Source of the DNA: Deltaproteobacteria bacterium
GTDB lineage: Bacteria; Desulfobacterota; BSN033; UBA1163
Direction: 5' to 3'
Assembly (NCBI GenBank): GCA_037444165.1
Contig: JBBIMX010000001.1
Span: forward strand, 1,026-65,025
Length of the DNA: 64,000 nucleotides
The notes under the pieces are model-generated. The model was not told the origin of the DNA. It searched no databases and saw nothing but the letters and a program-made list of their open reading frames with translations. The translations under genes and the position numbers were made by a program. This document shows, piece by piece, positions 10,021 through 20,536 of the stretch (position 1 is the stretch's first letter; each line of letters opens with the position of its first letter).

Positions 10021-11160
10021 TTAAATGGCGCCTGATTCGATTTTCAGCTCCTCTTCTTTGAAGGTGGCGACAGGGGGTGGTTCATTCACATCTCTTCCTG
10101 GGACATAGTCAAAGAGCTTCTGGATCTTTTCTCCTACGCTTCGAAAGAGGAGTGCCACTGGGAGTCGGCTCGGACAGGCACTCTCGCAGAGTCCACATCC
10201 GATGCAGGAGGTGACCATATGGGACATCCTGATCAGATGAAAGATCAGAGTATCGGTGGGCATCCGAATCGCTCCTTTACGATCCGCCCATCTCAAGAAT
10301 TGGTCTCCCTCATGCTCGAAGACTGCGGTCCGAAACACACACTCCTTGCAGTAACAGATTGGGCAAGCCACCATACAGTTATGACACCGAATACAGGTTG
10401 AAAAGAGATCCAGGAAAGCCCCAAGATCCTTCACCTTTTCCCTGAACTCCTGAAAAGTCTCATCCCTCCTGCGGCTCCTCCGCTCAATCACCTGACGAAG
10501 CACTTCCCCCCTCTGCTTTGACCCCTCCGCCTCCTCCAACTCCACCCCTTTCTCTTTCATCTCCCTCTCAAGCCTCTCGCCAATCTCTAACCCGATCTCC
10601 TTGTCTGAAGCATATCCATAGAGTTGGATCCAAAGGTCTGCCTGAGTGACTGGGTACTCGCAGATCTCACAGGCCTTTCGAAAACTAAACCCATCAGGAG
10701 GCTTCTCCTCCCCCTTCTCCATTCTTCGGATCACCTCCTCAAACCCATCCTTTCCTTCTTCAACCATCTTTGCATAATCCGAAACCTCAAAAGTTCCTGG
10801 ACAGTCCACTCCAATAAGAAAAAGAGGATCCAATTTCACCTGAAGAAACTTCGAAAGCTCCACAATGGCCCTGATCTCACAGGCCTTAAGGACCAAGGCC
10901 ACCCTTTTGCTCAAATTCTTGATCGAAAGGTAGGAAGCCACCCTCGCCGACTGAACAGGCATGGTGGGTGAAAGAAGAAATATCCCATCCATCATCGCAG
11001 GGTCCCGAATCAAGCTCTGAACCACCCCTTCTCCTGAAGGGAGCCTCTTAGGGACAAGAATTGCCTCTACCACACCCTTCTCCAAAAAACTTCTTAATAG
11101 AATCTTAAGAGCCTCCTCCCTTCGACCCTCAGAAACCCTCAGGATTGCTTGTCTGCCCAT
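10021..11160 (-). CDS. FrhB/FdhB-family (coenzyme F420 hydrogenase/dehydrogenase beta-like) iron-sulfur flavoprotein
   Basis: 379 aa; C-terminal Cys clusters (CIRCHNCMVACPICYCKEC and CIGCGLCESACP). The family assignment comes from domain order and is not verified. Confidence 0.45.
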   Translation of the reverse strand: MGRQAILRVSEGRREEALKILLRSFLEKGVVEAILVPKRLPSGEGVVQSLIRDPAMMDGIFLLSPTMPVQSARVASYLSIKNLSKRVALVLKACEIRAIVELSKFLQVKLDPLFLIGVDCPGTFEVSDYAKMVEEGKDGFEEVIRRMEKGEEKPPDGFSFRKACEICEYPVTQADLWIQLYGYASDKEIGLEIGERLEREMKEKGVELEEAEGSKQRGEVLRQVIERRSRRRDETFQEFREKVKDLGAFLDLFSTCIRCHNCMVACPICYCKECVFRTAVFEHEGDQFLRWADRKGAIRMPTDTLIFHLIRMSHMVTSCIGCGLCESACPSRLPVALLFRSVGEKIQKLFDYVPGRDVNEPPPVATFKEEELKIESGAI

Positions 11161-11230
11161 CTTGTGAACTCTCCTTTCTATGAAAAATCGGGTGTCTTCG
11201 GTACCTCCTCGTCCCTAACCACTCATCGGA

Positions 11231-11653
11231 TTAGGCATTCCATAATCGCCTCATCGGATTGGGCCCCATCTTCTTGAGCTCCTCCACCATCTTGGTCACG
11301 GTATCCGCAAACAGCTTCCCCTCACTGGCACTGATCCAACGAAGCCAAATCCGATCCTCCCCAAAACCCAATTCCTTCAATATTCCCTTCAGGATCGCCA
11401 CCCTCCTTCTTGCCTTATAGTTTCCCGTCTGATAATGACAGTCTCCAGGATGGCAACCCCCAATAAGCACTCCATCGGCCCCATCAATCAAGGCCTTCAA
11501 GATATAGATCGAATCCACTGCCCCAGAACACATCAAATGGATGATCCGAATATTCGGAGGATACTGTTGCCGCGTGGTCCCAGCAAGATCCGCCCCCGTA
11601 TAGGTACACCAGTGACATAGAAATGCAATAATCCTCGGCTCAAAGTCTCCCAT
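11231..11653 (-). CDS. mvhD: MvhD-like hydrogenase iron-sulfur (delta) subunit
   Basis: 140 aa with FLCHWCTYTG...MCSGAVD...GGCHPGDCHY, the characteristic MvhD/FlpD cysteine pattern. Confidence 0.8.
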   Translation of the reverse strand: MGDFEPRIIAFLCHWCTYTGADLAGTTRQQYPPNIRIIHLMCSGAVDSIYILKALIDGADGVLIGGCHPGDCHYQTGNYKARRRVAILKGILKELGFGEDRIWLRWISASEGKLFADTVTKMVEELKKMGPNPMRRLWNA

Positions 11654-11710
11654 AGCTTCCTCCTTCAGTTAAAAAATCGCATAACGCTATGCTTTTTACG
11701 CCATGCTTGA

Positions 11711-14700
11711 TCAGTCGATGGCTGAATCGAGGACCACCAGATTCAGTCCCTTCTCAAAGTTCTGCTGCTGGGAAGCAGCGTTTCGACAGGCTACCACACA
11801 ACTGCCACACCCCTCACAAAGAGCATCAATCACCTCGGCCTTCCCTTCCTCATTGAGAACTCTCGCCCCATATGGACAAACCGTTACACAAAGCCCACAT
11901 CCGCAGCACAGCCTCGAAATCACATAGGCCCGATAAGGCTTCTCCTCAACCCTCTCCTTCGAAAGAATCGCAGCGGCTCGAGCCGCCACAGCATTGCCCT
12001 GGGAGATCGAATCCTCCATAAAATTGGGCGAATGACACAACCCACAAAAGAACTTCCCCCGTTCCAATCCATCCAGGGGTGCCGACTTCGGATTGGCCTC
12101 CTTAAAAAAACCATCCGAATTAAGCTCCAACCCAAAGACCTGAGCAAGGGATCGATGATCATTGGGCTCAATCCCTGTACTCAACACCAGCCGATCCGCC
12201 AAAAGATGGACCCGGCCCATCAACACAGGATCCACTACTGAAACCCAGAGCCTTCCTTCCTCCCTGATGACCTTCGGCTTCTCCTCCAACTCATACCGAA
12301 TAAATATCACTCCCTTTGCCCTCGCCTCATGATAATAGGTCTCGTAAAACCCATACGTTCTCACATCCCGATAAAGCACATAGACCCTCACCTCCGGCTT
12401 CCACTCCTTCAACCGAAGGGCGTTCTTGACCGCATGAGCACAACAGATCCGACTACAATAAGGATGCTCCTCATCCCTTGAACCCACACATTGAATCATC
12501 ACCACCGAGCGAAGATCCCCCAGGCCCTCATCCCGAACATGAATCGCCCTCTCAAACTCCCTCTGTGTCATCACCCGGGGATCCTCCCCGTATAGATACT
12601 CCTTCGGTCTTATCTCCCTGCCCCCTGTCGCAACAATCACCACTCCATGATCCACAGCCTCCTCGCCTTCCGAAGTCCCGATTCTCGTCCGATAGTGCCC
12701 ATCCTTCCTCTCACACCCCAACACCTCCGCCCCCAAAAAGAGATGGATCAAGGAATGACTCTTTATTTTATAAATAAGATCCTCAAGAAAAGGTTGAGGG
12801 TTCTCACCCCTTATTGTATAGAAGGCATTCCTCGCATTCCCCCCCAACTCCTTCTCCCTCTCTACCAGAAAGACCTCATATCCCTGCTCCGCTAACCGGA
12901 GAGAAGCCGTCATCCCAGCCACACCCCCTCCAACCACTAACCCCTTCCTCTCTATCCCATGACTTCCCCTCCGAAGAGGCTGAATCCTCCTGGCCCGCTC
13001 CACGGCCATCCGAATCAATGTGAAAGCTTTCTCCGTGGCCTCCCGTGGAAATCCCGAATGAACCAATGCACACTGCTCCCGAATATTCGCAAACTCAATC
13101 AGATAGGGATTAAACCCCATCCCCCTTGCCATCTCCTCTACCCTCTTCCGAATCTCCTTGGAAGACCCCCCCGCCACCACCACACGATTCAAACCCTGCT
13201 CCCCAATCTTTACCTTTATCGAATTAAGATCCTCATGCAAGGAGACCCGCTTCAGCTCTCCAACATAAACTACCTCTCGAAGCCCCCTGACCCTCTCCAC
13301 TAACTCCTCCATCAAAAGATTCTTCCTCAACTCCTCTCCCTGATCACAGATAAAAACCCCTATCCTCGGAATCTCCTCTCCCAGAGCCCCCTCCACAGGA
13401 TACTCCCTCTCCCTCCGGGAAGGAACAGAAGAAAGAAAAGACGCCACCATCGCCGCCACACTCGAACCCTCCACTACCGTCTCCGGGATGTCCCTGGGAC
13501 CCCGAAAGGCACCCCCGACAAAGACCCCATTGACCGAAGTCTCGGCCGGATAAAACTCCCCCGTTTCACAAAACCCCTGAAGATTCAACCGAACTCCCAA
13601 CCGATGAGCCAATTCCTTAATCCCTTGAGGAGGGGTGAATCCAACCGAAAGCACTACCGCATCAAACTGCTTCTCTTCAAACGTTCCATCCTCCTTCACA
13701 TACGTAATCAAAAGATCCTTCGATTGCTGAAGTTCTTTCACCGAAGAAACCGCACTCCTGATATACTCAATCCCATACTCCCTCTTCGCCCTCTCATAAT
13801 ACCGCTCATAGTCCTTCCCCATCGGCCGAATATCCATATAAAACACACTCACCCGTAAATCAGAAGCTCGATCCTTCGCCATCATCGCCTGCTTGGTCGC
13901 ATACATACAACAGATCGTCGAACAATGAGGCTGCCCCGAAGAAGGATCCCTCGAACCCACACACTGAATAAATGCCAACCTCTCTATCCTCCTCCCATCC
14001 GAAGGACGAATCGGATAACCCCCAGTCGGAGATGAGGTCGAAAGAAGCCTCTCAAACTGAATGCTCGTCATCACATTCCGATACCGACCAAACCCATACT
14101 CCCCCTTTCTCTGAGCCCAAAAAGGCTCAAACCCAAAACCCAGTACAATCGCCCCAACCTGAAGAACCTCCTCCTTCGCCTTCATCTCCAAATCAATCGC
14201 CCCAGGACCACACACCCTCACACACTCCCCACATCGAATACAACTTTTCGAATCGATCACAAGCCCATGAGGAATCGCCTGAGGAAAAGGTAAATAAATC
14301 GCCTTCCTCTTCTCCAACCCTCCCCCAAACTCCCTCTCCACCTCCACCGGACAAACCTCCATACAGGCCCCACAAAACGTACATCGCTCGGGATCCACAA
14401 ACCGGGGCTTCTGAAAAACCCTGACCCTGAAATCCCCTCCTTCCCCCTCCACCTCCTTCACCTCACAATAAGGAAATAACTCTATGTTCTCATGAAGACG
14501 ACTCTCATAAATGGGACAAAAAGCAGGAGGCGTGGGACTCATAAAACAGACCCCACAGGAATTGGTCGGAAACGTCCTGTCCAACAACGGGAAATAGCCC
14601 CCAATCGCAGGCGCCTGATCCAAAAGAAAAACCCTTCTGCCCATCTCTCCCAACAGAAGAGCCGCCTGCATCCCAGCTATCCCAGCACCCATCACTAATA

Positions 14701-14722
14701 CCGAACCCTTATCTCCCTTCAT
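11711..14722 (-). CDS. hdrA: heterodisulfide reductase subunit A, tandem-fused (short HdrA-like module plus full-length HdrA)
   Basis: 1003 aa; two FAD motifs (VLVMGAGIAGMQAALLL and LVVGGGVAGMTASLRL), two inserted ferredoxin cassettes, an internal HdrA N-terminal-type Cys domain (GVFICDQG...NIREQCALVH) and a C-terminal 2x[4Fe-4S] domain. The region is GC-richer than its neighbours. Confidence 0.8.
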   Translation of the reverse strand: MKGDKGSVLVMGAGIAGMQAALLLGEMGRRVFLLDQAPAIGGYFPLLDRTFPTNSCGVCFMSPTPPAFCPIYESRLHENIELFPYCEVKEVEGEGGDFRVRVFQKPRFVDPERCTFCGACMEVCPVEVEREFGGGLEKRKAIYLPFPQAIPHGLVIDSKSCIRCGECVRVCGPGAIDLEMKAKEEVLQVGAIVLGFGFEPFWAQRKGEYGFGRYRNVMTSIQFERLLSTSSPTGGYPIRPSDGRRIERLAFIQCVGSRDPSSGQPHCSTICCMYATKQAMMAKDRASDLRVSVFYMDIRPMGKDYERYYERAKREYGIEYIRSAVSSVKELQQSKDLLITYVKEDGTFEEKQFDAVVLSVGFTPPQGIKELAHRLGVRLNLQGFCETGEFYPAETSVNGVFVGGAFRGPRDIPETVVEGSSVAAMVASFLSSVPSRREREYPVEGALGEEIPRIGVFICDQGEELRKNLLMEELVERVRGLREVVYVGELKRVSLHEDLNSIKVKIGEQGLNRVVVAGGSSKEIRKRVEEMARGMGFNPYLIEFANIREQCALVHSGFPREATEKAFTLIRMAVERARRIQPLRRGSHGIERKGLVVGGGVAGMTASLRLAEQGYEVFLVEREKELGGNARNAFYTIRGENPQPFLEDLIYKIKSHSLIHLFLGAEVLGCERKDGHYRTRIGTSEGEEAVDHGVVIVATGGREIRPKEYLYGEDPRVMTQREFERAIHVRDEGLGDLRSVVMIQCVGSRDEEHPYCSRICCAHAVKNALRLKEWKPEVRVYVLYRDVRTYGFYETYYHEARAKGVIFIRYELEEKPKVIREEGRLWVSVVDPVLMGRVHLLADRLVLSTGIEPNDHRSLAQVFGLELNSDGFFKEANPKSAPLDGLERGKFFCGLCHSPNFMEDSISQGNAVAARAAAILSKERVEEKPYRAYVISRLCCGCGLCVTVCPYGARVLNEEGKAEVIDALCEGCGSCVVACRNAASQQQNFEKGLNLVVLDSAID

Positions 14723-14744
14723 CTCTCCCTCTCCATCCCATAGC

Positions 14745-15590
14745 TTATCCCAATCCCAAGGACTCCAACAAAGGCCTCGGAGAAATTAAATGCTTCCCCC
14801 ACCACCTCTCCCTCTGCCCAATATCAAAAGCGACCCCCATCAGCTCCGTAAAATAGAAGACCGGGAGACCTAACTCCTGCCTCATCTCCAAGTTCATCTG
14901 ACACAACCCACAGGAAGTAACAATCGCCTGAGCTCCAGCCTCCCTCGCCATAAAAACAATTCTCCCCACCATCTGCCTCACAATCGACCCATAGGTCATC
15001 GCTAAATCCGCCCCACAACAGTCCACCTTATAAGACCACTCCACAGGCTGAGCCCCAAGAACCCTCATCAGCCGATCCATCGATTGAGGGTTCTCAGGAT
15101 CATCAAACCTCGTCACCTTAGGATGCCGAACCAAAGCACAACCATAATAACAAGCCACCTTCAGCCCCTTGAGCGTCCTCCTCACCCTCTCATACACCCT
15201 CTCCAACCCAACCCGATTGACCACCACATCCAACAACGCCAAAATCTCCAGAGAAGGATCATACCTGAAACCCACAATCTCCTCGATCACCCTTCGATCC
15301 CTCTGCTCATTCCTGAGCACATACTCCGTCCTCTTCAAATTACTAAAACATCCTGCACAAGGAACCACCAATGAACTCAACCCGGAAAGAAGAGCCTTCG
15401 ATATAATCCTCGCAGGAAGACAAAGAGAAAGAAGACGATTCAAACTGTGAGTGGCCGCAGCCCCACAACAGTTCCAATCCTCCACCTCCACTAACTCCAC
15501 CCCCAACGCCTTAAAAACCTCCTCCGTCGAAAGCCCATACTCCATCGATGAAGAACGATCCGTACAACCAGGAAAATATGAAAACCGCAT
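14745..15590 (-). CDS. hdrB: heterodisulfide reductase subunit B (two CCG domains)
   Basis: MRFSYFPGC...DWNCCGA... and VDCCGADL CCG-domain signatures. Confidence 0.85.
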   Translation of the reverse strand: MRFSYFPGCTDRSSSMEYGLSTEEVFKALGVELVEVEDWNCCGAAATHSLNRLLSLCLPARIISKALLSGLSSLVVPCAGCFSNLKRTEYVLRNEQRDRRVIEEIVGFRYDPSLEILALLDVVVNRVGLERVYERVRRTLKGLKVACYYGCALVRHPKVTRFDDPENPQSMDRLMRVLGAQPVEWSYKVDCCGADLAMTYGSIVRQMVGRIVFMAREAGAQAIVTSCGLCQMNLEMRQELGLPVFYFTELMGVAFDIGQRERWWGKHLISPRPLLESLGLG

Positions 15591-15627
15591 CTCCTACCCT
15601 CCAAAAGGTCTAATTATGAATAATCCC

Positions 15628-16203
15628 TCACTCCCCTTGTCCACACCTCTCAAAAATCCTCCGAATCTCCTCCCTCGCCTTTACCATGCTCGGAAATAAA
15701 GGAAACTTCCCCTTGAAAAAAAGCCTCAATCCTGACCCCAATGAATCCCTCATCCAATCCCGACTCCTCAACACATAATCCATCAACATCGTCACCTCAT
15801 GAGCCCTCCCACCCCTCCTCACGCTCTGAATAAAAGCCTCATGAAAAAGATGAATCCTCTTCTCTTTCACCTCCACCCCTTCCTCCACCGCCATCTCCCT
15901 CAACGCATCCATCAATACCCCGATGTGAATCTCATTCGGACACCGCGTCCCACAAGTCTGACAATATACACAAAACCAGATTGCACCACTGCCCAAAACC
16001 TCCCCCCTCCTCCCCATCTGAATCATCCGAATCAACTGATTCGGCTTAATATCCATATAAGGAGCCGTCGGACAACCCGCCGTACACTTCATACACTGAT
16101 AACATAACTCCACCCGCTCCCCACTCCGACTCCTCACCTCCTCCAAGAAAAAAGAACTCTCCTCTATCCCCTTCAATCCCTTTTCCAATTTTTCCACCTC
16201 CAT
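15628..16203 (-). CDS. hdrC: heterodisulfide reductase subunit C
   Basis: CYQCMKCTAGCP and CVYCQTCGTRCP 4Fe-4S dicluster motifs; 191 aa. Confidence 0.8.
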   Translation of the reverse strand: MEVEKLEKGLKGIEESSFFLEEVRSRSGERVELCYQCMKCTAGCPTAPYMDIKPNQLIRMIQMGRRGEVLGSGAIWFCVYCQTCGTRCPNEIHIGVLMDALREMAVEEGVEVKEKRIHLFHEAFIQSVRRGGRAHEVTMLMDYVLRSRDWMRDSLGSGLRLFFKGKFPLFPSMVKAREEIRRIFERCGQGE

Positions 16204-16227
16204 TGTCGTTGTTCCCTTTTTAAATTT

Positions 16228-18237
16228 TTATATAAACGTATCGACCATCCGAAGGGTCTGGATCGATGAGGAATTTCTCAATTCACAGGCAAAATTAGGG
16301 CATGCAGCAATACAGGCTCCGCATCCCTGACAGAGGGCGCTGTGAACGACAGAGATTCCTCGCCGGAGGTCCATCTCCCTCGCTTCATAGGGACATATCT
16401 CAACACAAATTCCACAGCCACTGCAAATCGTCTCATCCACATAGGCGATGAGTGGGTCCTGAAAAAGTTTGTCTGTCGAAAGAAGGGCCTGGATCTTGCT
16501 GGCTGTGGCTGAAGCCTGAGAGACGGTGTCCGTGATATCCTTCGGGCCTTGTCCACAGCCTGCCAGATAGATCCCTCTAGTTGAACTTTCTACGGGATAG
16601 AGTTTAATATGGGCTTCTGTCAAAAATCCATGTTTATCAACGGTCGCTCTTAACTTGCTCGCAAGTTCTTTGACTCCTTCAGAGGGAATGATCGCCGTGG
16701 CCAGGACAACCAAATCCGCACCAATCTCTACCCTCTTTCCGGTCAGGGTATCCACGCCCCACACCTTTACTTTTCCATCCTCCTGAAAAATCCTTGAGAC
16801 ACGTCCCCTGAGATAGAGAATCCCATTCTCTTCAATCGTCTTCTGAAGGAACTCCTCGTAACCCTTTCCGTCCGAACGAATGTCCATATAAAAGACATAA
16901 GGTTGACCATCCGGAACCTGTTTTTTATAAATCGTTGCCTGTTTTGCCGTATACATGCAGCAAATTCTTGAACAGTAAGGCATATAACGATCAGGATCCC
17001 TCGAGGCTACGCATTGAATAAAAACCATCTCTTTCGGAACCCTTCCATCAGAAGGTCGCTGGATTCTTCCCCGGGTAGGTCCATCGGGAGATAACATCCG
17101 TTCAAAGGTAAGCCCATCGATGACATCCGGAATCTCCCCATATCCATATTCTCCTAACTTTTCATTAGGGAAAAGGTCAAATCCAGTCGCTACCACGATA
17201 GCTCCAACCTTTCTTTCGATCTTCTCCTCCTTTTGATCGAATTGAATCGCTCTCTGGGGACAAACCTCTGCGCATCTTCCGCAGCTTCGGTCTTTGAAGT
17301 ATGGGCATTGAGTCGAAGAAAGGAAAACTCGTCGGGGAATACAATGGGGGTAAAGAAAATCAATGGCCTTTCTCACCCCCAACCCTCTTTCAAATGGAGA
17401 AGGGTACTCGATGGGGCAGACTTCGATACAGAGACCACATCCATTACACCGGGTCCAATCCACATAGGTAGTCTTTTTTCGCAGCCCTATCTCAAAATTT
17501 CCTATATACCCTTTTACCTCTTCCACTTCGGAGTAACAAAAAAGTTCGATCTTCGGATGAGCCTCTATTTCGGAGGCCTTGGCGAGGAGACCGGGGAATG
17601 CTGGAGAAAGCTCTGGAAAGGTTTTCGAGAGTTGAGCCATATGTCCTCCCAGGGCTGGAGATTTCTCAACCAGAATCACTTCATATCCCCCCTGGGCAAG
17701 GTCAAGGGAGGCTGTCATTCCTGCAATTCCTCCTCCAATCACCAACACATTTCTGTGGAGGCTCATGGCCAGGGGTTCGAGCTTCTCGTTTCTTCTCACT
17801 TTCTCTAAGGTCGCTTGAATGATCTGCAGGGCCTTCCGGGTCGCCTCCTCTTTCTCCTTTTGATGAACCCAGCTACACTGCTCCCGAATATTGGCGATCT
17901 CACAGAGATAGGGGTTCATTCCTGCTGTCTTCACCGCTTTACGAAAAGTATTTTCATGCATACTCGGCGAGCAACAGGCGACGACCACTCCATCAAGCCT
18001 TTTCTCCTGAATCGCCTCTCGGATGAGCTGTTGACCGGGCTCTGAACACATATAGATGTAGTCCACACTATGGCAAACATCCTCGGTTCGACCAATCTCT
18101 TCGGCCACCCTTTTTACATCGACTGTACCGGCAATATTCACCCCACAATGACAGATAAAAACTCCCAGCTTTTTCATAGCCCATTCCAGCGGGTTTATAT
18201 TAATCTCCGACCTCGTTACCCTCTCACCGGTCTCCAT
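16228..18237 (-). CDS. hdrA: heterodisulfide reductase subunit A (full length)
   Basis: 669 aa; N-terminal Cys domain (GVFICHCG...CSWVH), FAD motif (VLVIGGGIAGMTASLDLA), inserted ferredoxin and C-terminal 2x[4Fe-4S] domain. The start may be the internal MKKLGVF at 18177. Confidence 0.85.
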   Translation of the reverse strand: METGERVTRSEININPLEWAMKKLGVFICHCGVNIAGTVDVKRVAEEIGRTEDVCHSVDYIYMCSEPGQQLIREAIQEKRLDGVVVACCSPSMHENTFRKAVKTAGMNPYLCEIANIREQCSWVHQKEKEEATRKALQIIQATLEKVRRNEKLEPLAMSLHRNVLVIGGGIAGMTASLDLAQGGYEVILVEKSPALGGHMAQLSKTFPELSPAFPGLLAKASEIEAHPKIELFCYSEVEEVKGYIGNFEIGLRKKTTYVDWTRCNGCGLCIEVCPIEYPSPFERGLGVRKAIDFLYPHCIPRRVFLSSTQCPYFKDRSCGRCAEVCPQRAIQFDQKEEKIERKVGAIVVATGFDLFPNEKLGEYGYGEIPDVIDGLTFERMLSPDGPTRGRIQRPSDGRVPKEMVFIQCVASRDPDRYMPYCSRICCMYTAKQATIYKKQVPDGQPYVFYMDIRSDGKGYEEFLQKTIEENGILYLRGRVSRIFQEDGKVKVWGVDTLTGKRVEIGADLVVLATAIIPSEGVKELASKLRATVDKHGFLTEAHIKLYPVESSTRGIYLAGCGQGPKDITDTVSQASATASKIQALLSTDKLFQDPLIAYVDETICSGCGICVEICPYEAREMDLRRGISVVHSALCQGCGACIAACPNFACELRNSSSIQTLRMVDTFI

Positions 18238-19572
18238 TTAATGTGTTGCAAAGAGGGCTTGAACCTTGCTTGCGGCGGCATTGGCATGGGCAACCGTCTC
18301 GGCAATATCTTTTGGTCCTTGGGCACACCCTGCCAGATAAATCCCCTCCTGATTGGTCTCTACTGGTTTCAGCTTCCTCTCTGCCTCTGTCAGAAACCCA
18401 TATGAATCGCTATGAATCCCCAATATTTGAGCCAGCGTCTTTGTTTCTTGATGAGGGACGATCGCTGTTGCCAGGACAACCAGATCGGCTAAGACTTCAA
18501 CCTTTTTCCCTGTGAGGGTATCTACCCCCCAAACCACAATTTTTTCTCCTTCACGAAAGATCCTCGAAACTCGTCCTCTCAAGTAGAGAATCCCTTCTTC
18601 CATCGTTTGTTGAATAAACTCTTCATATCCTTTTCCTGTGGATCGAATATCCATATAGAAGATGTAGACCTGACCATCATGAACCTTGTGTTTATAGAGC
18701 CGGGCATGTTTTGCTGTATACATACAACAGACCCTTGAACAATAAGGCATGTATCGCTCTGGATCCCTTGAGCCGGTACACTGGATAAAGACCACCTCTT
18801 TGGGTATCCTTCCATCCGAAGGTCTTCGGATCTCCCCGTTTGTGGGTCCAGAGGCCGAGTTCAATCTCTCAAAGGAAAGCCCATCAATCACATCTGGAAT
18901 CTCCCCATATCCATATTCCCCAAATCGCTCTACAGGCATCAAATCAAATCCAGTGGCGACGACAATGGCTCCAACCTTTTCCTCAATCAACCGATCTTCC
19001 TGTTGATAATGGATTGCCCCCACGGGGCAGATTTTTTCACACACCCGACATTTCTTCTCCAAAAAATACCGACAGTGTTCAGGGTTGATAACCGGTTTAT
19101 TAGGAACAGCCTGAGGAGAGAGGGTATAGATGGCCTTCCCAAGACCCATCCTTCGATCAAATTCAGAGGGGTATCTGGAAGGACATTTCTGTTGACAAAG
19201 ACCACACCCTGTACACTTTTCCCAATCGACATAGGCTGCTTTCTTACGAATCTGGACAGAAAAATTTCCAGCTCGTCCCGCTACTCTCACCACTTCGGAA
19301 TAGGTGTGAAGTCGAATTCGTGGGTGCTGACCTGTCTCTACGGTCTTTGGGGTCAGGGTGCACTGGGCACAATCAAGAGTAGGAAAGGTTTCGGAAAGCT
19401 GAAGCATATGGCCACCGATGGAGGGTAATCTCTCTATTAGGAGGACTTCATATCCTGCATTCCCAATGTCAATGGAAGCGGTGATCCCAGCGATTCCCCC
19501 ACCTATGACCATTGCCCTTTTAATAAAACCATTCTCAGAAGTACCCATCTCTATTTTATTCTCGCCTCCCAT
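18238..19572 (-). CDS. hdrA: short HdrA-like flavoprotein (QmoA-like, lacking the N- and C-terminal ferredoxin domains)
   Basis: 444 aa; FAD motif (MVIGGGIAGITASIDIG) and inserted ferredoxin (CTGCGLCQQKCP, CRVCEKICP). Clearly paralogous to the 669-aa HdrA; PYCSR[IV]CCMYTAK and YLRGRVSRIF are conserved in both. Confidence 0.8.
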   Translation of the reverse strand: MGGENKIEMGTSENGFIKRAMVIGGGIAGITASIDIGNAGYEVLLIERLPSIGGHMLQLSETFPTLDCAQCTLTPKTVETGQHPRIRLHTYSEVVRVAGRAGNFSVQIRKKAAYVDWEKCTGCGLCQQKCPSRYPSEFDRRMGLGKAIYTLSPQAVPNKPVINPEHCRYFLEKKCRVCEKICPVGAIHYQQEDRLIEEKVGAIVVATGFDLMPVERFGEYGYGEIPDVIDGLSFERLNSASGPTNGEIRRPSDGRIPKEVVFIQCTGSRDPERYMPYCSRVCCMYTAKHARLYKHKVHDGQVYIFYMDIRSTGKGYEEFIQQTMEEGILYLRGRVSRIFREGEKIVVWGVDTLTGKKVEVLADLVVLATAIVPHQETKTLAQILGIHSDSYGFLTEAERKLKPVETNQEGIYLAGCAQGPKDIAETVAHANAAASKVQALFATH

Positions 19573-19595
19573 AAGGAAGGGAGATCGAATTGAAG

Positions 19596-20465
19596 TTAAA
19601 CCAATCCTTTCCTTTTTAAGAGGGGGATTGGGTCTACCGCATTCTGCTCGAACCCTAAGGTTTGAGGTTCAAGTCCCATCGCTACTCCAAGGAGTTGGGT
19701 AAAATAGAGTACGGGAATCGTTTTAAAATCTAAATGGGCCTTAAGGATATCAGACTGTTTTTGATCCAGATTAAAGGTACAGAGTGGACAGGTCGAAACG
19801 ATGACTTCAGCTCCCTGCCTCATTGCAGAGGTGAGAATTCGATAGGCACATTCCGTAGCCACCTCCGGAGTGCCCACGGATTGAAACGACCCACAGCATT
19901 CTATCTTATAAGGAAAATCGATGGATCTGGCGCCCAAGGCAGTCAAAAATTCTTCAAAGAGGGTTGGCCTTTCTTTATCATCAAAACCCATCTCTTCAAA
20001 TGGACGCAGAAGCATGCAACCGTAATACGGTGCGGCTTGAAGTTCATTCAGAGGTTTTTTCACTCTTTCCTGAATGGTTGAAAAACCAATCTCCTGTTTC
20101 AAAATTTCGAGGTAGTGTAAGACTTTCAGGTCGCCCTGATAATTCATCTCGATAAATTGATTGATCTTTTCCCGTTTCTCACCATCCTTCTGGATTAAAT
20201 GATTCGTCCTTTTAATGACGTTAAAACAGATCGCACAAAGGGTGGTCAGGACTTCTCCCTGCTCTTTTGCCCGGGCTAAAATTCTCGCAGGAGGGAGAAG
20301 GGCCATAAGGTTATCTGTGGCCAGCGGGAAAGTGGCTCCACAACAAGTCCAGTTTGGAAGTTCCACGAGTTCAAATCCAAGGAGAAGGGAACAGTTTCGA
20401 GCTGTTTGATCAAAGTTTTTTGCTTTCGTGTAAAGGGTGCATCCTGGGAAATAGAGATAATTCAT
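19596..20465 (-). CDS. hdrB: heterodisulfide reductase subunit B
   Basis: MNYLYFPGCT...NWTCCGA and IECCGS CCG motifs. Start set at the internal methionine. Confidence 0.8.
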   Translation of the reverse strand: MNYLYFPGCTLYTKAKNFDQTARNCSLLLGFELVELPNWTCCGATFPLATDNLMALLPPARILARAKEQGEVLTTLCAICFNVIKRTNHLIQKDGEKREKINQFIEMNYQGDLKVLHYLEILKQEIGFSTIQERVKKPLNELQAAPYYGCMLLRPFEEMGFDDKERPTLFEEFLTALGARSIDFPYKIECCGSFQSVGTPEVATECAYRILTSAMRQGAEVIVSTCPLCTFNLDQKQSDILKAHLDFKTIPVLYFTQLLGVAMGLEPQTLGFEQNAVDPIPLLKRKGLV

Positions 20466-20536
20466 AAGCACTCCGAAATGGCATAGGACAGAGGACATCG
20501 CACGGAATAAGAAAAACCCTATGCCCTTTGCTTGGG

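Noticed and set aside
11700-16200. Many long plus-strand ORFs (for example 13972..14424 and 12478..12777) encoding Pro/Ser/His-rich peptides
   Set aside because: They lie antisense to well-supported HdrA, HdrB and HdrC genes in a GC-rich stretch. They are low-complexity translations typical of GC artefacts.
16228-18237. Initial impression that the 669-aa HdrA carries an N-terminal MvhD fusion
   Set aside because: The Cys-containing segment (GVFICHCG...CSWVH) matches the standard N-terminal domain of full-length HdrA. A separate genuine MvhD gene exists at 11231..11653.
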